Shown: piece after piece, positions 49,159-60,298 of the stretch
Numbering within the stretch: the first letter of the stretch is position 1
Layout: every line of letters begins with the position of its first letter
Assembly (NCBI GenBank): GCA_017512025.1
Contig: JAFWHH010000007.1
Coordinates: 9,155 to 73,154, forward strand
From: Clostridia bacterium
Lineage (GTDB): Bacteria > Bacillota > Clostridia > TANB77 > CAG-508
DNA: 64,000 nt
Direction: 5' to 3'
The notes under the pieces: model-generated
The model's input: the letters and a program-made list of their open reading frames with translations, nothing else
Told to the model about the DNA's origin: nothing
Database searches by the model: none
Position numbers and translations under genes: made by a program

Positions 49159-50025
49159 TTATTTTTTCTTAGCTACTAAATAATTAGACATCCTTGCGAA
49201 TTGCTCAATTGTTAATGTTTCTCCCCTAACGTTATAATCTAAATCTAAATCATCAAATAATTGTTTTGCTTCTTCCTTGTTTTTAACTATGCCACCATTA
49301 ACAATACTATTGATTAATGTTTTTCTTCTTTGCATAAAGCTTACTTTGATAAGTTTAAAAAATTCAGACTCATCTTCTAATTCAACCGGATGTTCTTTCC
49401 TAATTAATAATTTTATAACTTCAGAATCTACTGCTGGCTCTGGTATAAACGAATTGTTTTCCACAATTGTTACACTTTCTGCTGTTGCATAATAGTATAC
49501 ACAATATGTAATTGCCCCAGATAACTTACTTCCTGGAACAGCAATTAGTCTATCTGCTACTTCTTTTTGTATCATGACAGTAATTGATTCTATATCTAAT
49601 TTTTCTTCTAATAATTTCATTATAATTGGTGTTGTTATGTAGTATGGTAAATTTGCAACTATTTTTGCTCTTTTAATTTTCTCATTTTTATTATTTTTTA
49701 TTAATTCATCTAAATCTACTTTTAGTACATCTTCATTTAATAATTCAAAATTATTATATAGAGAAAATCTATCTTGCAATATTTCTATCATTCTATTATC
49801 AAGCTCTATTGCAATAACCTTTCCTGCTCTTTCAAGTAAATATTCAGTTAAGTTTCCAAGTCCAGGTCCAATTTCAATAACTAAATCTTCCTCATTAACA
49901 TCAGCTGAATCAACAATTCGTTCAACAACCTCATCGTTAATTAAAAAATTTTGTCCTAAATTTTTATTGGCTGACAACTTGTATTTATTAAGCATAAACT
50001 TAGTTTTGTTATACAAATTTTCCAT
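49159..50025 (-). CDS. rsmA: 16S rRNA (adenine1518/1519-N6)-dimethyltransferase
   Basis: KNLGQNFL...VIEIGPGLGNLT...ANLPYYITTPI. Confidence 0.9.
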   Translation of the reverse strand: MENLYNKTKFMLNKYKLSANKNLGQNFLINDEVVERIVDSADVNEEDLVIEIGPGLGNLTEYLLERAGKVIAIELDNRMIEILQDRFSLYNNFELLNEDVLKVDLDELIKNNKNEKIKRAKIVANLPYYITTPIIMKLLEEKLDIESITVMIQKEVADRLIAVPGSKLSGAITYCVYYYATAESVTIVENNSFIPEPAVDSEVIKLLIRKEHPVELEDESEFFKLIKVSFMQRRKTLINSIVNGGIVKNKEEAKQLFDDLDLDYNVRGETLTIEQFARMSNYLVAKKK

Positions 50026-50324
50026 AATTCCACCTTTTATACTCTTCTATTATACTATAAAATACTTTAGTTTACAATATAAAATAATTTCTTTTACTTT
50101 ATTGCTGTTTTATTTATTATTTTAAAGCGTGCAAGCCATTGTTTTAACTGGTGTTGTAGTGTTTTCTATTTTGAAATATTTTTTTATTTTATTTATTGTT
50201 TTTTTATTTATTTAACATAATTTTTATTATTTTAAGTCTTCTCTTCCCTATATTTCTCTACATATTTTCTTGATTTTTTAATTCTATTAATATAAAATTA
50301 ATTTGTTAAATTTAGTAAATAAAG

Positions 50325-52586
50325 TTGGTGATATTTTTGAAAGAAAACTCAAATGATAGCCCTTTGAGTAAAGCCTCAAGAGCTAAGAGATACTTTTCGT
50401 TATCTGTAATTTTATTTATTGTATTAATTGCCTTATTATTAAAAATAGCATATATTCAATTTTTCCAGGGACCTTCCCTAAAAGAAGCTGCTACAAAACA
50501 GCAAACAACAAGCAGAATAATAAGTGCTAAACGTGGTACAATATATGATTCAACCGGAACAGCTCTTGCTATAAGTGCTGATGTTGATACAATAACGATT
50601 AATCCTGATAAATTTAAAAAGGATACAGCAGACGAAACAAAACTTTATCAAGAAAAAGTTGCACGTGGTTTATCTACAATATTTGAACTTGATTATGATG
50701 AGACTTTAAAGAAAGTTACAAGTACAAACTCTGTTGAAACAATCGTACAAAAAGTTGAAAAAGATAAAGTAACAGAATTAAATAAATGGATGACAGAAAA
50801 TAATGTAACAGCTGGAATAAATATAGATGAAGATACAAAAAGGTACTACCCATACTACAATCTAGCTTCAAATCTTATTGGATTTTGTGGTAGTGATAAT
50901 CAAGGATTAACTGGTCTTGAATATTATTGGGATCAAGTGCTTGCTGGTACATCTGGTAAGATTACAACTACTCAAGATTCACGTCAGGACTTAATGCCTA
51001 ACCAAGATGCTCAATATTTTGCAGCTGAAAATGGAAGTAACTTAACGCTTACTATAGATATAAACATTCAATCAATTGCCGAAAAATATTTAGAGCAAGC
51101 ATGTATTACAAATAAGTGCGGTAATGGTGGTAACGTTATTATTATGGATCCAAAAACTGGTGATATACTAGCTATGGCTACATACCCTGATTATGATTTA
51201 AACACTCCATTCCAACCAAATGAAAATATGCAAGAAGGATGGGATGATTTATCATCAAAAGCTCAAAGTGAAGCATTACAAACAATGTGGAGAAACACAG
51301 CTATATCAAATACATATGAACCAGGTTCCGTATTTAAAGTTGTGGTTGCCTCTGCTGCATTAGAAGAAAATATTGTTGATCCAGATAAACCAGGTTTATT
51401 CTATTGTTCAGGTTCACAAGTTGTTGCCGATAGAACAATTAGTTGTGCTAATACTGGAGGACATGGATATCAATCTTTAAGAGAAGCACTTCAAAATTCA
51501 TGTAACCCTGCATTTATACAATTAGGACAAAAAATTGGTGTTACTACACTTTATAAATATTTTGAAGCATATGGATTATTTACCAAAACAGGAATTCAAA
51601 CATCTGGTGAAGCATATGGTATATTCCATAATATAGATAATGTTGGACCAGTTGAACTTGCAACAATTTCATTTGGTCAAAGATTCACAATTACCCCACT
51701 TCAAATGGCAACTGCAGTTTCTGCTATTGCAAATGATGGTGTTTTAATGCAACCACGTATTGTTAAAGAAATATCTAATGTTAATACTGGAGCTATCACT
51801 ACGGTTGAACCAAAACAAGTTCGTCAAGTTATATCTCCTGAAACAGCAAAGACAATGATGGATATGATGGAATCTGTTGTAACAGATGGTGGTGGTAAAT
51901 ATGGCCAAGTAACTGGATATTCAGTAGCTGGTAAAACTGGTACATCAGAAGCAACTGAAGGTTCTACAGCTGGTTACGTTTCTTCATTTGTTGGAGTTGC
52001 ACCTGCAGATGATCCACAAGTAGTTGTTCTATTAACACTATATAACCCTCAAGGAAAAGATCACTTTGGTGGACATATAGCAGCACCAGTTGTTAGCCAA
52101 ATACTTTCTGAAGTATTACCTTATTTAGATGTTCCATCTACAGCATCAACAAATTCATCTGGTACATCTAAAGCAAGTCAAACAATGGATATTAAGAAAT
52201 CAACACTTCATACAGTAACAGGAAAAACAGCAGCAGATGCTAAAAAATATCTTGAAGAACAAGGATTTAAATGCTCATACGATTGTGAAAGTACATCAAT
52301 TATTACAGAGCAAATTCCTAAAGCTGGTACACAATTACCGGAGGGATCAATAGTTCAATTATATTCTGATGATACAAAGAATTCTAAGAAGAGAACTGAA
52401 GTTCCAGACTTAAAAGGTATGTCTTATAGTTCAGCTAAAAATCTATTATCATCAAAGAAATTAAATATCAACGTTGTTGGTTCTGGACAAGTAATAAGTC
52501 AAGATCCAATAGCTGGTACAGAAGTAAATGAAGGTACAGTAGTAACTGTTACATTACAAAAAGATGTTGGTTCTTCATCACATTAG
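50325..52586 (+). CDS. Class B penicillin-binding protein with two PASTA domains (SpoVD/PBP2B-like)
   Basis: SVFK, SCN and KTGT motifs plus two C-terminal PASTA repeats. The start is uncertain: TTG 50325, or TTG 50337 after GGTGAT. Confidence 0.9.
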   Translation: MVIFLKENSNDSPLSKASRAKRYFSLSVILFIVLIALLLKIAYIQFFQGPSLKEAATKQQTTSRIISAKRGTIYDSTGTALAISADVDTITINPDKFKKDTADETKLYQEKVARGLSTIFELDYDETLKKVTSTNSVETIVQKVEKDKVTELNKWMTENNVTAGINIDEDTKRYYPYYNLASNLIGFCGSDNQGLTGLEYYWDQVLAGTSGKITTTQDSRQDLMPNQDAQYFAAENGSNLTLTIDINIQSIAEKYLEQACITNKCGNGGNVIIMDPKTGDILAMATYPDYDLNTPFQPNENMQEGWDDLSSKAQSEALQTMWRNTAISNTYEPGSVFKVVVASAALEENIVDPDKPGLFYCSGSQVVADRTISCANTGGHGYQSLREALQNSCNPAFIQLGQKIGVTTLYKYFEAYGLFTKTGIQTSGEAYGIFHNIDNVGPVELATISFGQRFTITPLQMATAVSAIANDGVLMQPRIVKEISNVNTGAITTVEPKQVRQVISPETAKTMMDMMESVVTDGGGKYGQVTGYSVAGKTGTSEATEGSTAGYVSSFVGVAPADDPQVVVLLTLYNPQGKDHFGGHIAAPVVSQILSEVLPYLDVPSTASTNSSGTSKASQTMDIKKSTLHTVTGKTAADAKKYLEEQGFKCSYDCESTSIITEQIPKAGTQLPEGSIVQLYSDDTKNSKKRTEVPDLKGMSYSSAKNLLSSKKLNINVVGSGQVISQDPIAGTEVNEGTVVTVTLQKDVGSSSH

Positions 52587-52606
52587 AAATAAACTTAATT
52601 AATAAA

Positions 52607-52643
52607 TAAAAAACATACTATATAAAATATAGTATGTTTTTTT
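52607..52643. terminator. Bidirectional terminator between pbp and murG
   Basis: aaaaaaCATACTATA-taaaa-TATAGTATGttttttt. Confidence 0.8.
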
Positions 52644-52644
52644 A

Positions 52645-53763
52645 TTATTTATTTAAACATTCTTTTATTTCTGAATATATTTTTTCTTCAACATTTTCCA
52701 TTGCAATAACCTTTGCCTTCTTACCCATCTCAGCTAATCTTTCCCTATCAGATATCATCTCTTCAATATAATTATTTAATATATTTGAATTTAAATCAGA
52801 ATTAAGAATTACTTTAGCTGCTCCAAGTTTTTCAAGTACTCTTGCATTGTCTTCTTGTCTGTTAGCACCAACACTTGGTAGTGGAATAAATATTGCTGGT
52901 TTTTCAACAATTGCTATTTCAGTAATTGTCATTGCCCCACTTCTACATACAGTTAAGTCACACATATTGATTAGCTCTTCCATATTGTAAATATAAGGCA
53001 TTATTTTGCTACCTTCAATATTTTCTATATCCATATTATTATCTTCTAAATTTGCCTTGATTATGTCGTACTGCTTAGGTCCTGTTGCCCATATTAATTG
53101 ATAATCTTTATTCATATTCTTTTTTACAATATCAACAACAGCTTCATTTATTCTCTGTGCTCCTTGACTTCCACCAAAAACCAATACTACTGGTTTGCTT
53201 GGATCAAGTTTATATTCTTTTAATAATTCATCTTTTCTTTCAGAAGATATTTCAACCTTCTTTATTTTAGTTGGTGTACCTGTTAACACAACATTTGGAA
53301 CACCCACTAATTTTTCTTTGGCTGCTTCAAAACCAACAAAAACTTTTCTTGCTTTTTTAGCAAACATCTTAACAGCTCTTCCTGGATAAGCATTACTTTC
53401 ATGTAAAAATGTTGGAACCTTTTTCACATTTGCTGCTGCAAATACTGGTCCACATATATAACCCCCAGTGCCAATCACGACATCTGGTTTAAATTCATCA
53501 ATAAATTTTTTAACAACTTTTCTACTATTCATTGTTTTTATGATGTTCTTTAAATTTGTAAAACTTGGTTTTGGTTGAATACCATATGCTTCAATTGTTT
53601 TTAATTGATAACCTGCTCTTGGAACCAAATCATTTTCTAGCCCTCTTTCTGTACCGAAAAAAACAATTTCAGAATCAGGTTCGTGCTCTTTTATTTTGTT
53701 TGCGATAGCTATACCTGGATTTATATGTCCACCAGTACCAGCTGCTGAAATAATAACCTTCAT
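52645..53763 (-). CDS. murG: UDP-GlcNAc:undecaprenyl-PP-MurNAc-pentapeptide GlcNAc transferase
   Basis: AAGTGGHINP...GGSQGA. Confidence 0.95.
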   Translation of the reverse strand: MKVIISAAGTGGHINPGIAIANKIKEHEPDSEIVFFGTERGLENDLVPRAGYQLKTIEAYGIQPKPSFTNLKNIIKTMNSRKVVKKFIDEFKPDVVIGTGGYICGPVFAAANVKKVPTFLHESNAYPGRAVKMFAKKARKVFVGFEAAKEKLVGVPNVVLTGTPTKIKKVEISSERKDELLKEYKLDPSKPVVLVFGGSQGAQRINEAVVDIVKKNMNKDYQLIWATGPKQYDIIKANLEDNNMDIENIEGSKIMPYIYNMEELINMCDLTVCRSGAMTITEIAIVEKPAIFIPLPSVGANRQEDNARVLEKLGAAKVILNSDLNSNILNNYIEEMISDRERLAEMGKKAKVIAMENVEEKIYSEIKECLNK

Positions 53764-53785
53764 AAAAACACCTCTTTATTATTTA

Positions 53786-54949
53786 TTATGCTCTTGAACT
53801 AGATCTTGAAATATTTAATAGTATTCCAACATTAGCAAGCAATAATAGTAAAGCTGTACCACCATAACTTAAAAATGGAAGTGACATACCAGTTGTCGGT
53901 ATTGTTCCAGTAACAACGGCGATATTTAATACCGCCTGCACTGCAATCAGAGTCGTTATACCAATCGCAATTACTGATCCAAATAAATCTTGACATCTCA
54001 TCGAAATTAATATTCCTCGCCATATAAATATAGCAAATAATCCAATAACAAGTATACATCCTAAATATCCTAATTCTTCTGCTAAAATTGAGAATATGAA
54101 ATCGTTATGAGGCTCTGGAATATATAAATATTTTTGCTTACTATTACCAAGTCCAAGTCCAAACATCCCACCTGATCCAATAGCATATAAACTCTGTACG
54201 GTTTGATAACCAGTACCTAAAGCATCTGACCACGGATCAAATGATGTTGCAATTCTGTCCAATCTGAAGTTGCTGCTCTTACTTTTACTACTTTGACTTA
54301 TTCCAGCCTTGCTTATAAGAAGAACAACAGCAACCATTCCTATTAATGCTGTAACTAAGAAATATTTTAATCTACTTCCTGCAATAAACATCATTACTAG
54401 TACAACAATACCAATTACGAGTGAAACACTGAAGTGGTTTTGTACTACATATAAAATAAGTATTGGTGGTAGTAAATATAGTAGTGGAACTATAAATCCT
54501 CTAACAGGATTTCCCATCTCACTTCTATGATCTGCTAGATATCCACCATAAAAAATAATCATTCCAATTTTAGTTAACTCCGAAGGTTGGAACTGCGATC
54601 CGGCAAATTTAATCCATCTTGTAGCACCCTTAACGGAGTATCCAAGTCCTGGTACAAGAACTAAAAGTAACACAAGCCATGCTGCAAAGTAAATGTACCA
54701 ATAGTATTTTTTGTAAAATCTATAATCAACCTTTGATAAAAAGAACATTACAATCAAACCAACAACAGCAAATAATAATTGCTTTTTAACATATGTGTAA
54801 CTATTACCTGTTGTTGCAAGTGATGATGGTGCACTAGCTGACAGTACCATGATAATACCAAGTGCAAGCAATAGTACAACCGTAATGCACAAAATAAAAT
54901 CAAATTGATTATTAGCAAATTTTGAAATTTTCTTTGCTTTTTTTTGCAT
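53786..54949 (-). CDS. ftsW: SEDS-family protein FtsW/SpoVE
   Basis: FtsW/RodA family motifs (QPSELTK, PFLSYGGT) in dcw context. Confidence 0.9.
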   Translation of the reverse strand: MQKKAKKISKFANNQFDFILCITVVLLLALGIIMVLSASAPSSLATTGNSYTYVKKQLLFAVVGLIVMFFLSKVDYRFYKKYYWYIYFAAWLVLLLVLVPGLGYSVKGATRWIKFAGSQFQPSELTKIGMIIFYGGYLADHRSEMGNPVRGFIVPLLYLLPPILILYVVQNHFSVSLVIGIVVLVMMFIAGSRLKYFLVTALIGMVAVVLLISKAGISQSSKSKSSNFRLDRIATSFDPWSDALGTGYQTVQSLYAIGSGGMFGLGLGNSKQKYLYIPEPHNDFIFSILAEELGYLGCILVIGLFAIFIWRGILISMRCQDLFGSVIAIGITTLIAVQAVLNIAVVTGTIPTTGMSLPFLSYGGTALLLLLANVGILLNISRSSSRA

Positions 54950-54970
54950 TTGTTATCTCCTTATCACAAT

Positions 54971-55960
54971 TTATATTATACTCATTCCAATAATACATAA
55001 AACTAAAGTTATAGAGCTAAATATGATAACAACCTTACCTTCTTTCCATCCTGATAATTCAAAATGATGATGAATTGGTGCCATTTTGAATACTCTATTT
55101 CCTGTTCTTTTAAAATGTACAACTTGTATCATAACTGATAAAGTTTCAATAATTGGTATTAAAGCAATAACAATTAATATAAGTGGCATTTTCATATATA
55201 ATGCCATTCCTGCAATTGCTCCACCAAGCATTAGTGATCCTGTATCACCCATGAATACTTTTGCTGGATGAAGATTGAATAATAAAAATCCAAGGCAACC
55301 ACCTATTAATACAGTTCCTATTACTGTTACCTCTTTAATTCCTAATATAATGCTAATTGATACTAAACAAGTTAATATAATTGTTGTAACACTAGTTGAT
55401 AATCCATCAATACCATCTGTTAAATTAACTGCATTTGTTGTTCCAAGTAAAACGAATATTGCAAATGGTATATATAACCATACTGGTAATGTAATATATT
55501 GTTTAAATATTGGAATATATGTATCTGTTCCAATATTCATATATTTTACTAAATATATTGTGTAAATAATTGCTATAATTAATAATCCAAACATTTTGTA
55601 CATTGGCTTTAAACCATCTGTACTTTTTAAAACTAACTTTTTAAAATCATCAACAAATCCTACTATTCCAAAACCAAGTGTTACAAATACCAGTGGTATA
55701 ATTTTCATTGCTATACTTGGCTCTGCAGTCTTATACTGAAAGAATAAAAATATTGAGCAGACAATCATCGTGATTGCCATTATGATTCCTCCCATAGTAG
55801 GAGTTCCTTGTTTTGATAAATGTGATTCTGGGCCATCCTCTCTTTCTATTTGACCCACCTTAAATCTTTTTAAAATCGGTATTACTATTAATCCAAATAT
55901 TATACTCACAACAAATGAAAGTACTAATATTTTAATTTGAAAATTCATTAATAAATTCAT
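54971..55960 (-). CDS. mraY: Phospho-N-acetylmuramoyl-pentapeptide transferase
   Basis: KQGTPTMGG...NAVNLTDGIDGL...MGDTGSL...APIHHHFE. Confidence 0.95.
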   Translation of the reverse strand: MNLLMNFQIKILVLSFVVSIIFGLIVIPILKRFKVGQIEREDGPESHLSKQGTPTMGGIIMAITMIVCSIFLFFQYKTAEPSIAMKIIPLVFVTLGFGIVGFVDDFKKLVLKSTDGLKPMYKMFGLLIIAIIYTIYLVKYMNIGTDTYIPIFKQYITLPVWLYIPFAIFVLLGTTNAVNLTDGIDGLSTSVTTIILTCLVSISIILGIKEVTVIGTVLIGGCLGFLLFNLHPAKVFMGDTGSLMLGGAIAGMALYMKMPLILIVIALIPIIETLSVMIQVVHFKRTGNRVFKMAPIHHHFELSGWKEGKVVIIFSSITLVLCIIGMSII

Positions 55961-56008
55961 TCCTTTCTCTTTACGTGACTAACAAGTTAATCTTTTGTTA
56001 TTACTTAT

Positions 56009-57496
56009 TTATTTTTTCTCTTCATCCATTTTTTCGATGATTTCATTTACAATAATTCTCTCATCAAAAGGATGCTTTTCTCCCTTGATCTCTTGGTATG
56101 GTTCATGACCTTTACCAGCAAGAACAATAATATCACGCTTATTTGCCATCTTGATAGCATGTTCAATAGCTTCAGTTCTATCAACAACTACCTCATATTT
56201 ACCATTTGTTTTCTTAATACCTTCTTCGATTTGTTTAACAATCTTTTTAGGATCTTCTGTTCTAGGGTTATCAGAAGTAATAATTGTATAATCAGCAATT
56301 CTACCTGATATCTCACCCATAATTGGACGTTTGCCAGAGTCTCTATCTCCTCCACATCCAAATACAGAAATTAATCTTCCTCTTGTATATGATTTAACTG
56401 CATTTAAAATATTCTCTAAACTTTCTGGAGAATGTGCATAGTCAATCATAATTGTAAGTTCTTTCTTATTATCAACAAGTTCACTTCTACCAGGAACTCT
56501 AACTTCTTCTAATGCTACTTTAACATTTTCAGCAGTGCATCCCAATTCTTTTGCGATACTAATAGCAGCTAATGCATTGTATACACTAAATCTTCCAGGT
56601 ATACAAACCTTAACTCTTTCATTTCTATTTTCTAATTTTACTTTGAAGTCAACATATGAATTTGTAATAGTAATATCTTTAGCAAGAAGATTACAATAAT
56701 TATCAATACCATATGTTGTAATATTTTTATCTGGGAATAGCTTTGGAACTTTAGCTGTCATTAAATCATCTGCGTTAACAAAAGCTACCTTAGCCATCTC
56801 AATTAATTTCAATTTAGAATCAAAATAGTCTTTCATATCTGGATGCTCTTTTGGACTGATATGATCTTCAGAGAAGTTTGTAAATACAGCAACATCAAAG
56901 TCACATCCTGCAACTCTATTTAATTTTAAACTTTGTGAAGAAACTTCCATAACAACAGCATCACATTTAGCTTCAACCATCTTTGAGAATATGAATTGTA
57001 GCTTATTGCTTTCTGGAGTTGTTCTATCACTATCTTCTAATTTTTTGTCTCCTATATATGTAGCTATAGTACCTATTAACCCTACCTTCATTCCTTGTTT
57101 CTCTAATATAGCCTTTGTCATAAATGAAGTAGTAGTCTTTCCCTTTGTTCCTGTTATACCAATTAACTTGAATTTCTTAGATGGGTTACCATAGAAATTG
57201 CATGCACAGATAGCAAGAGCTAATCTTGTATCTGGTACAATAATAATTGTTACGTATTTTGCTATAACTTTTAGTAAATTTTTATCTATATCAGGCTCAG
57301 CCATTACTGCAATAGCTCCAGCCTTAATTGCATCTTTTATATAATCATTTCCATTAACGTCAAAACCTTTTATTGAAATAAAAAGTCCACCTTTTTTAAT
57401 ATTTCTTGAATCGCTTTCGACATTTGTTATATCTATATCTAAGTCACCTTTAGCTTTAATTCCATCAATTCCAACTAGTAAATTTTTAAGCTCCAT
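56009..57496 (-). CDS. murE: UDP-MurNAc-L-Ala-D-Glu--2,6-diaminopimelate ligase (DNPR motif present)
   Basis: GITGTKGKTTT P-loop and TSDNPRTEDP (DAP-type DNPR motif). Start at ATG 57496 after AAGGAGG. Confidence 0.9.
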   Translation of the reverse strand: MELKNLLVGIDGIKAKGDLDIDITNVESDSRNIKKGGLFISIKGFDVNGNDYIKDAIKAGAIAVMAEPDIDKNLLKVIAKYVTIIIVPDTRLALAICACNFYGNPSKKFKLIGITGTKGKTTTSFMTKAILEKQGMKVGLIGTIATYIGDKKLEDSDRTTPESNKLQFIFSKMVEAKCDAVVMEVSSQSLKLNRVAGCDFDVAVFTNFSEDHISPKEHPDMKDYFDSKLKLIEMAKVAFVNADDLMTAKVPKLFPDKNITTYGIDNYCNLLAKDITITNSYVDFKVKLENRNERVKVCIPGRFSVYNALAAISIAKELGCTAENVKVALEEVRVPGRSELVDNKKELTIMIDYAHSPESLENILNAVKSYTRGRLISVFGCGGDRDSGKRPIMGEISGRIADYTIITSDNPRTEDPKKIVKQIEEGIKKTNGKYEVVVDRTEAIEHAIKMANKRDIIVLAGKGHEPYQEIKGEKHPFDERIIVNEIIEKMDEEKK

Positions 57497-57619
57497 AAAA
57501 AACCTCCTTAGCCCATTTTGCATATATTATATATCTAATTTTTTTATTTGTATACGAAATGTATACGAAAGTTTAGAATTTTTCTGTATTTTTTCACTAA
57601 TATAATATCGTAAAATAAA

Positions 57620-59644
57620 CTATTTTACAATAATGTTGCTCTGTTCAAATACTTCAATTCCTGGTACAGGAATTTGCTCTGTAATAACTGTGTTTTCATC
57701 AACACCTTCAGGTATATCAATATTTAGATTTATATCTTTTAGTACATCCTTTGCGTTATTAATTTTTAAACCAACAATATCCGGAACAACAACTTTATTC
57801 ATACTACTTCCTTCATCCTCGCTTTTGGTTATTTGAAGATATGGTAATACTTCGCCTAGTACTTGTGATGCAATTGGAGCTGCTACCCCGCCACCTTGGT
57901 GTCCGCCTTCTCCTGTTGGATTATATAAAGTTATTAGAATAACAACTTGAGGATTATCTGTTGGAGCTACACCAACAAACGAAGTAACATACTTTCCTGT
58001 ATTAACTCCATCTTCAGATGTTCCTGTCTTTCCTCCAATAGCGTATCCGGAAACTCTTGCATTTTTACCGGTTCCTTCAGCCACAACTGTTTCCATCATA
58101 CTAAGCATCTTTTTAGATGTTTCTTCAGATATAGCTCTTCTATTTATCTCTGATTCAATTTCGGTCACTTCTCCAGTCTTGCTATTTACTATTTTCTTTA
58201 CTACTCTTGGTTTTATATAATTTCCACCATTTGCGATAGTTGATACAGCTGTTATCATTTGAATAGGAGTTATTTCAAATCTCTGTCCAAATGATATTGT
58301 AGCAAGTTCTACTGGACCAACTTTATTCTCATCCAAGAATATACTTCCACCTTCACCTTGCAAATCAATACCCGTCTTGTGTAGTAATCCAAATTTTTCC
58401 AAATAAGAATAGTATGTTTTAACTCCGAGCTTTTGACCTAAACTTATAAAAACCGGATTACATGAATTCATGAGGGCTTCTCTTAGGCTCTCTGTTCCAT
58501 GAGGTCTATAATATCTCCAACACTTAATTCTGACTCCTCCAATTGTTATTCCACCACCACAGTTAAATTCTCCAGCATTATCGGTATCTGTTATGCCTTC
58601 TTCAAGTGCTGCTGAAGCAGTTATTAATTTGAATGTCGATCCTGGTTCATAGCTATCAGATATTGCTTTATTTCTCCACATATTTTGTTGAATAGCGGAT
58701 TTTTCTTCTTTTGATAAATTATCCCAATTATTTGCTTCCTCAGTAATTGGCTTATATGGATCATTCAAATTATAATCTGGGTAACCAGCCATAGCTAAGA
58801 TATCCCCATTTTGAGGATTCATTACAATAATATTTCCACCATCTGTACACTTGTTGTCAATACATGCTTCTTTTAAATATTTTTCTGTAATTCCTTGAAT
58901 TGTAGCATCAATTGTTAAAATTAAATCATTACCGTTTTGTGCCTCAATATAATTCTCTCCTTCATCATCCAAGTTACCACCTTTTGCATCTGTTATCTTA
59001 ACAATACTTCCTTTTTTCCCTTTAAGCTCCTCATCATACTTAGATTCAATTCCCATTAACCCTTGATTATCTGTACCGCAAAATCCAATTATTTGTGAAG
59101 CCATTGTATTATATGGATAGTATCTCTTTGTATCTACATCTATATTTACGCCTGTTGTTATTCCATTTTCAATTAACCAGTTTCTAAGTTCATTTGATTT
59201 TTCCTTGTCGATTTTAGCTACTATTGTTTCAATAGAGCTTCTTTTTGATACCTTCTTTAATACTTTTTCATAATCAAGTTCAAACATCTCACTAAGTTTT
59301 CTAGAAAGTTTTTCCCTATCTTCTACTTTTATATTTACAGGATTTACTGTAACACTCTCTACCGATCCACTTACAGCTAATATCGTTTTACCTGTTGTAT
59401 CATAAATAGTTCCCCTGCATGGATTAAAAGCTCTTTCCATGGAATGTTGCTCGTAAGCCATTTTCCTTAACCAATCCGCTTTAATAAACTGAATCCAAAA
59501 TATTCTGATACTCAATCCTATCAAGACAAAAAACAAGACAACAATCATAAAGTATAATCTCTTTTTTCTTGTTATCTCACCTGTTTTTCTACTAAATTTT
59601 ATTTTTTTATCTTTTTTTAATTTTCTCTTAATACCCTTATTCAT
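57620..59644 (-). CDS. Class B penicillin-binding protein (FtsI/PBP2B-like) with one PASTA domain
   Basis: STFK, SCN and KTGT motifs plus a C-terminal PASTA. Positioned between ftsL and murE. Confidence 0.9.
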   Translation of the reverse strand: MNKGIKRKLKKDKKIKFSRKTGEITRKKRLYFMIVVLFFVLIGLSIRIFWIQFIKADWLRKMAYEQHSMERAFNPCRGTIYDTTGKTILAVSGSVESVTVNPVNIKVEDREKLSRKLSEMFELDYEKVLKKVSKRSSIETIVAKIDKEKSNELRNWLIENGITTGVNIDVDTKRYYPYNTMASQIIGFCGTDNQGLMGIESKYDEELKGKKGSIVKITDAKGGNLDDEGENYIEAQNGNDLILTIDATIQGITEKYLKEACIDNKCTDGGNIIVMNPQNGDILAMAGYPDYNLNDPYKPITEEANNWDNLSKEEKSAIQQNMWRNKAISDSYEPGSTFKLITASAALEEGITDTDNAGEFNCGGGITIGGVRIKCWRYYRPHGTESLREALMNSCNPVFISLGQKLGVKTYYSYLEKFGLLHKTGIDLQGEGGSIFLDENKVGPVELATISFGQRFEITPIQMITAVSTIANGGNYIKPRVVKKIVNSKTGEVTEIESEINRRAISEETSKKMLSMMETVVAEGTGKNARVSGYAIGGKTGTSEDGVNTGKYVTSFVGVAPTDNPQVVILITLYNPTGEGGHQGGGVAAPIASQVLGEVLPYLQITKSEDEGSSMNKVVVPDIVGLKINNAKDVLKDINLNIDIPEGVDENTVITEQIPVPGIEVFEQSNIIVK

Positions 59645-59691
59645 AGAAACGCTCCATGTTTTGATTATTTATTTTAATCTTATTAAAGAGC

Positions 59692-59729
59692 ATAAAAAAA
59701 AGACTAAATTAGCAATGAAATTTAGTCTT
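59692..59729 (-). terminator. Terminator-like hairpin immediately after ftsL, inside the dcw cluster
   Basis: aagactaaatt...aatttagtctt followed by TTTTTTTT on the minus strand. Confidence 0.55.
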
Positions 59730-60298
59730 TATTTTATATTAAATAAGTTTTTAATCTTTTCAATAACAACTTCGTATATTGGTTGATTAGCATTTTGTTT
59801 AATTCCAGCTGATGTGGCTTCAACATACTCTTTCTTTGGTAGGTTGATATAAACTTTTTGACTATTATTAAGCTTAGCCATACCAAGTTTATCCTTTGCC
59901 ATTGATTCAACATTTGTTAGATTTAATTCATTTTCAATACCAACTTCAAGTTGCTCGTTTACTTTTTGAATCTCGGCAAGCTCTGCTTTCAATCCTTCTT
60001 TTTGAGTAAACTTTTCATTTATAATTGAATTTCTGTAACTTATGGTAAATAACACAGCAAATCCAAAAGCAATATAACATACAAGCTTCATTTTTTTATT
60101 CAGCTCTTCTTTGGAAAGTTTCTTTCCTGCTGGTTTAGCTTTGCTCTCTTGCTTTCTTTCAACATCCTTTTTATTAACAGTTTTAGCTTTACTTTTTGCT
60201 CTTTCTACTGTAGGTTCGTATTCTGGCTGTATTTTTCTTGGGCTCGTTTCATATTGGTACCCACGGTACCCCTGATAACCATAAACCCTATTTGCCAT
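59729..60298 (-). CDS. ftsL: FtsL-like division protein with an extended basic N-terminus
   Basis: Single TM (LVCYIAFGFAVLFTISY), then a coiled coil. Sits after rsmH and overlaps the rsmH 3' end. Confidence 0.6.
   Translation of the reverse strand: MANRVYGYQGYRGYQYETSPRKIQPEYEPTVERAKSKAKTVNKKDVERKQESKAKPAGKKLSKEELNKKMKLVCYIAFGFAVLFTISYRNSIINEKFTQKEGLKAELAEIQKVNEQLEVGIENELNLTNVESMAKDKLGMAKLNNSQKVYINLPKKEYVEATSAGIKQNANQPIYEVVIEKIKNLFNIK

Noticed and set aside
50026-50324. AT-rich 300-nt divergent intergenic region with recurring ttatttatt / ttttatt strings
   Set aside because: This is low-complexity poly-T/A composition without a definable repeat unit or dyad. It is most simply the divergent promoter region for rsmA and the PBP gene.
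57550-57571. Tandem 11-nt duplication gtatacgaaat-gtatacgaaag (two GTATAC palindromes) between the dcw PBP gene and murE
   Set aside because: It is real in the sequence, but a single short duplication in an 96-nt spacer is not enough evidence to call an operator.
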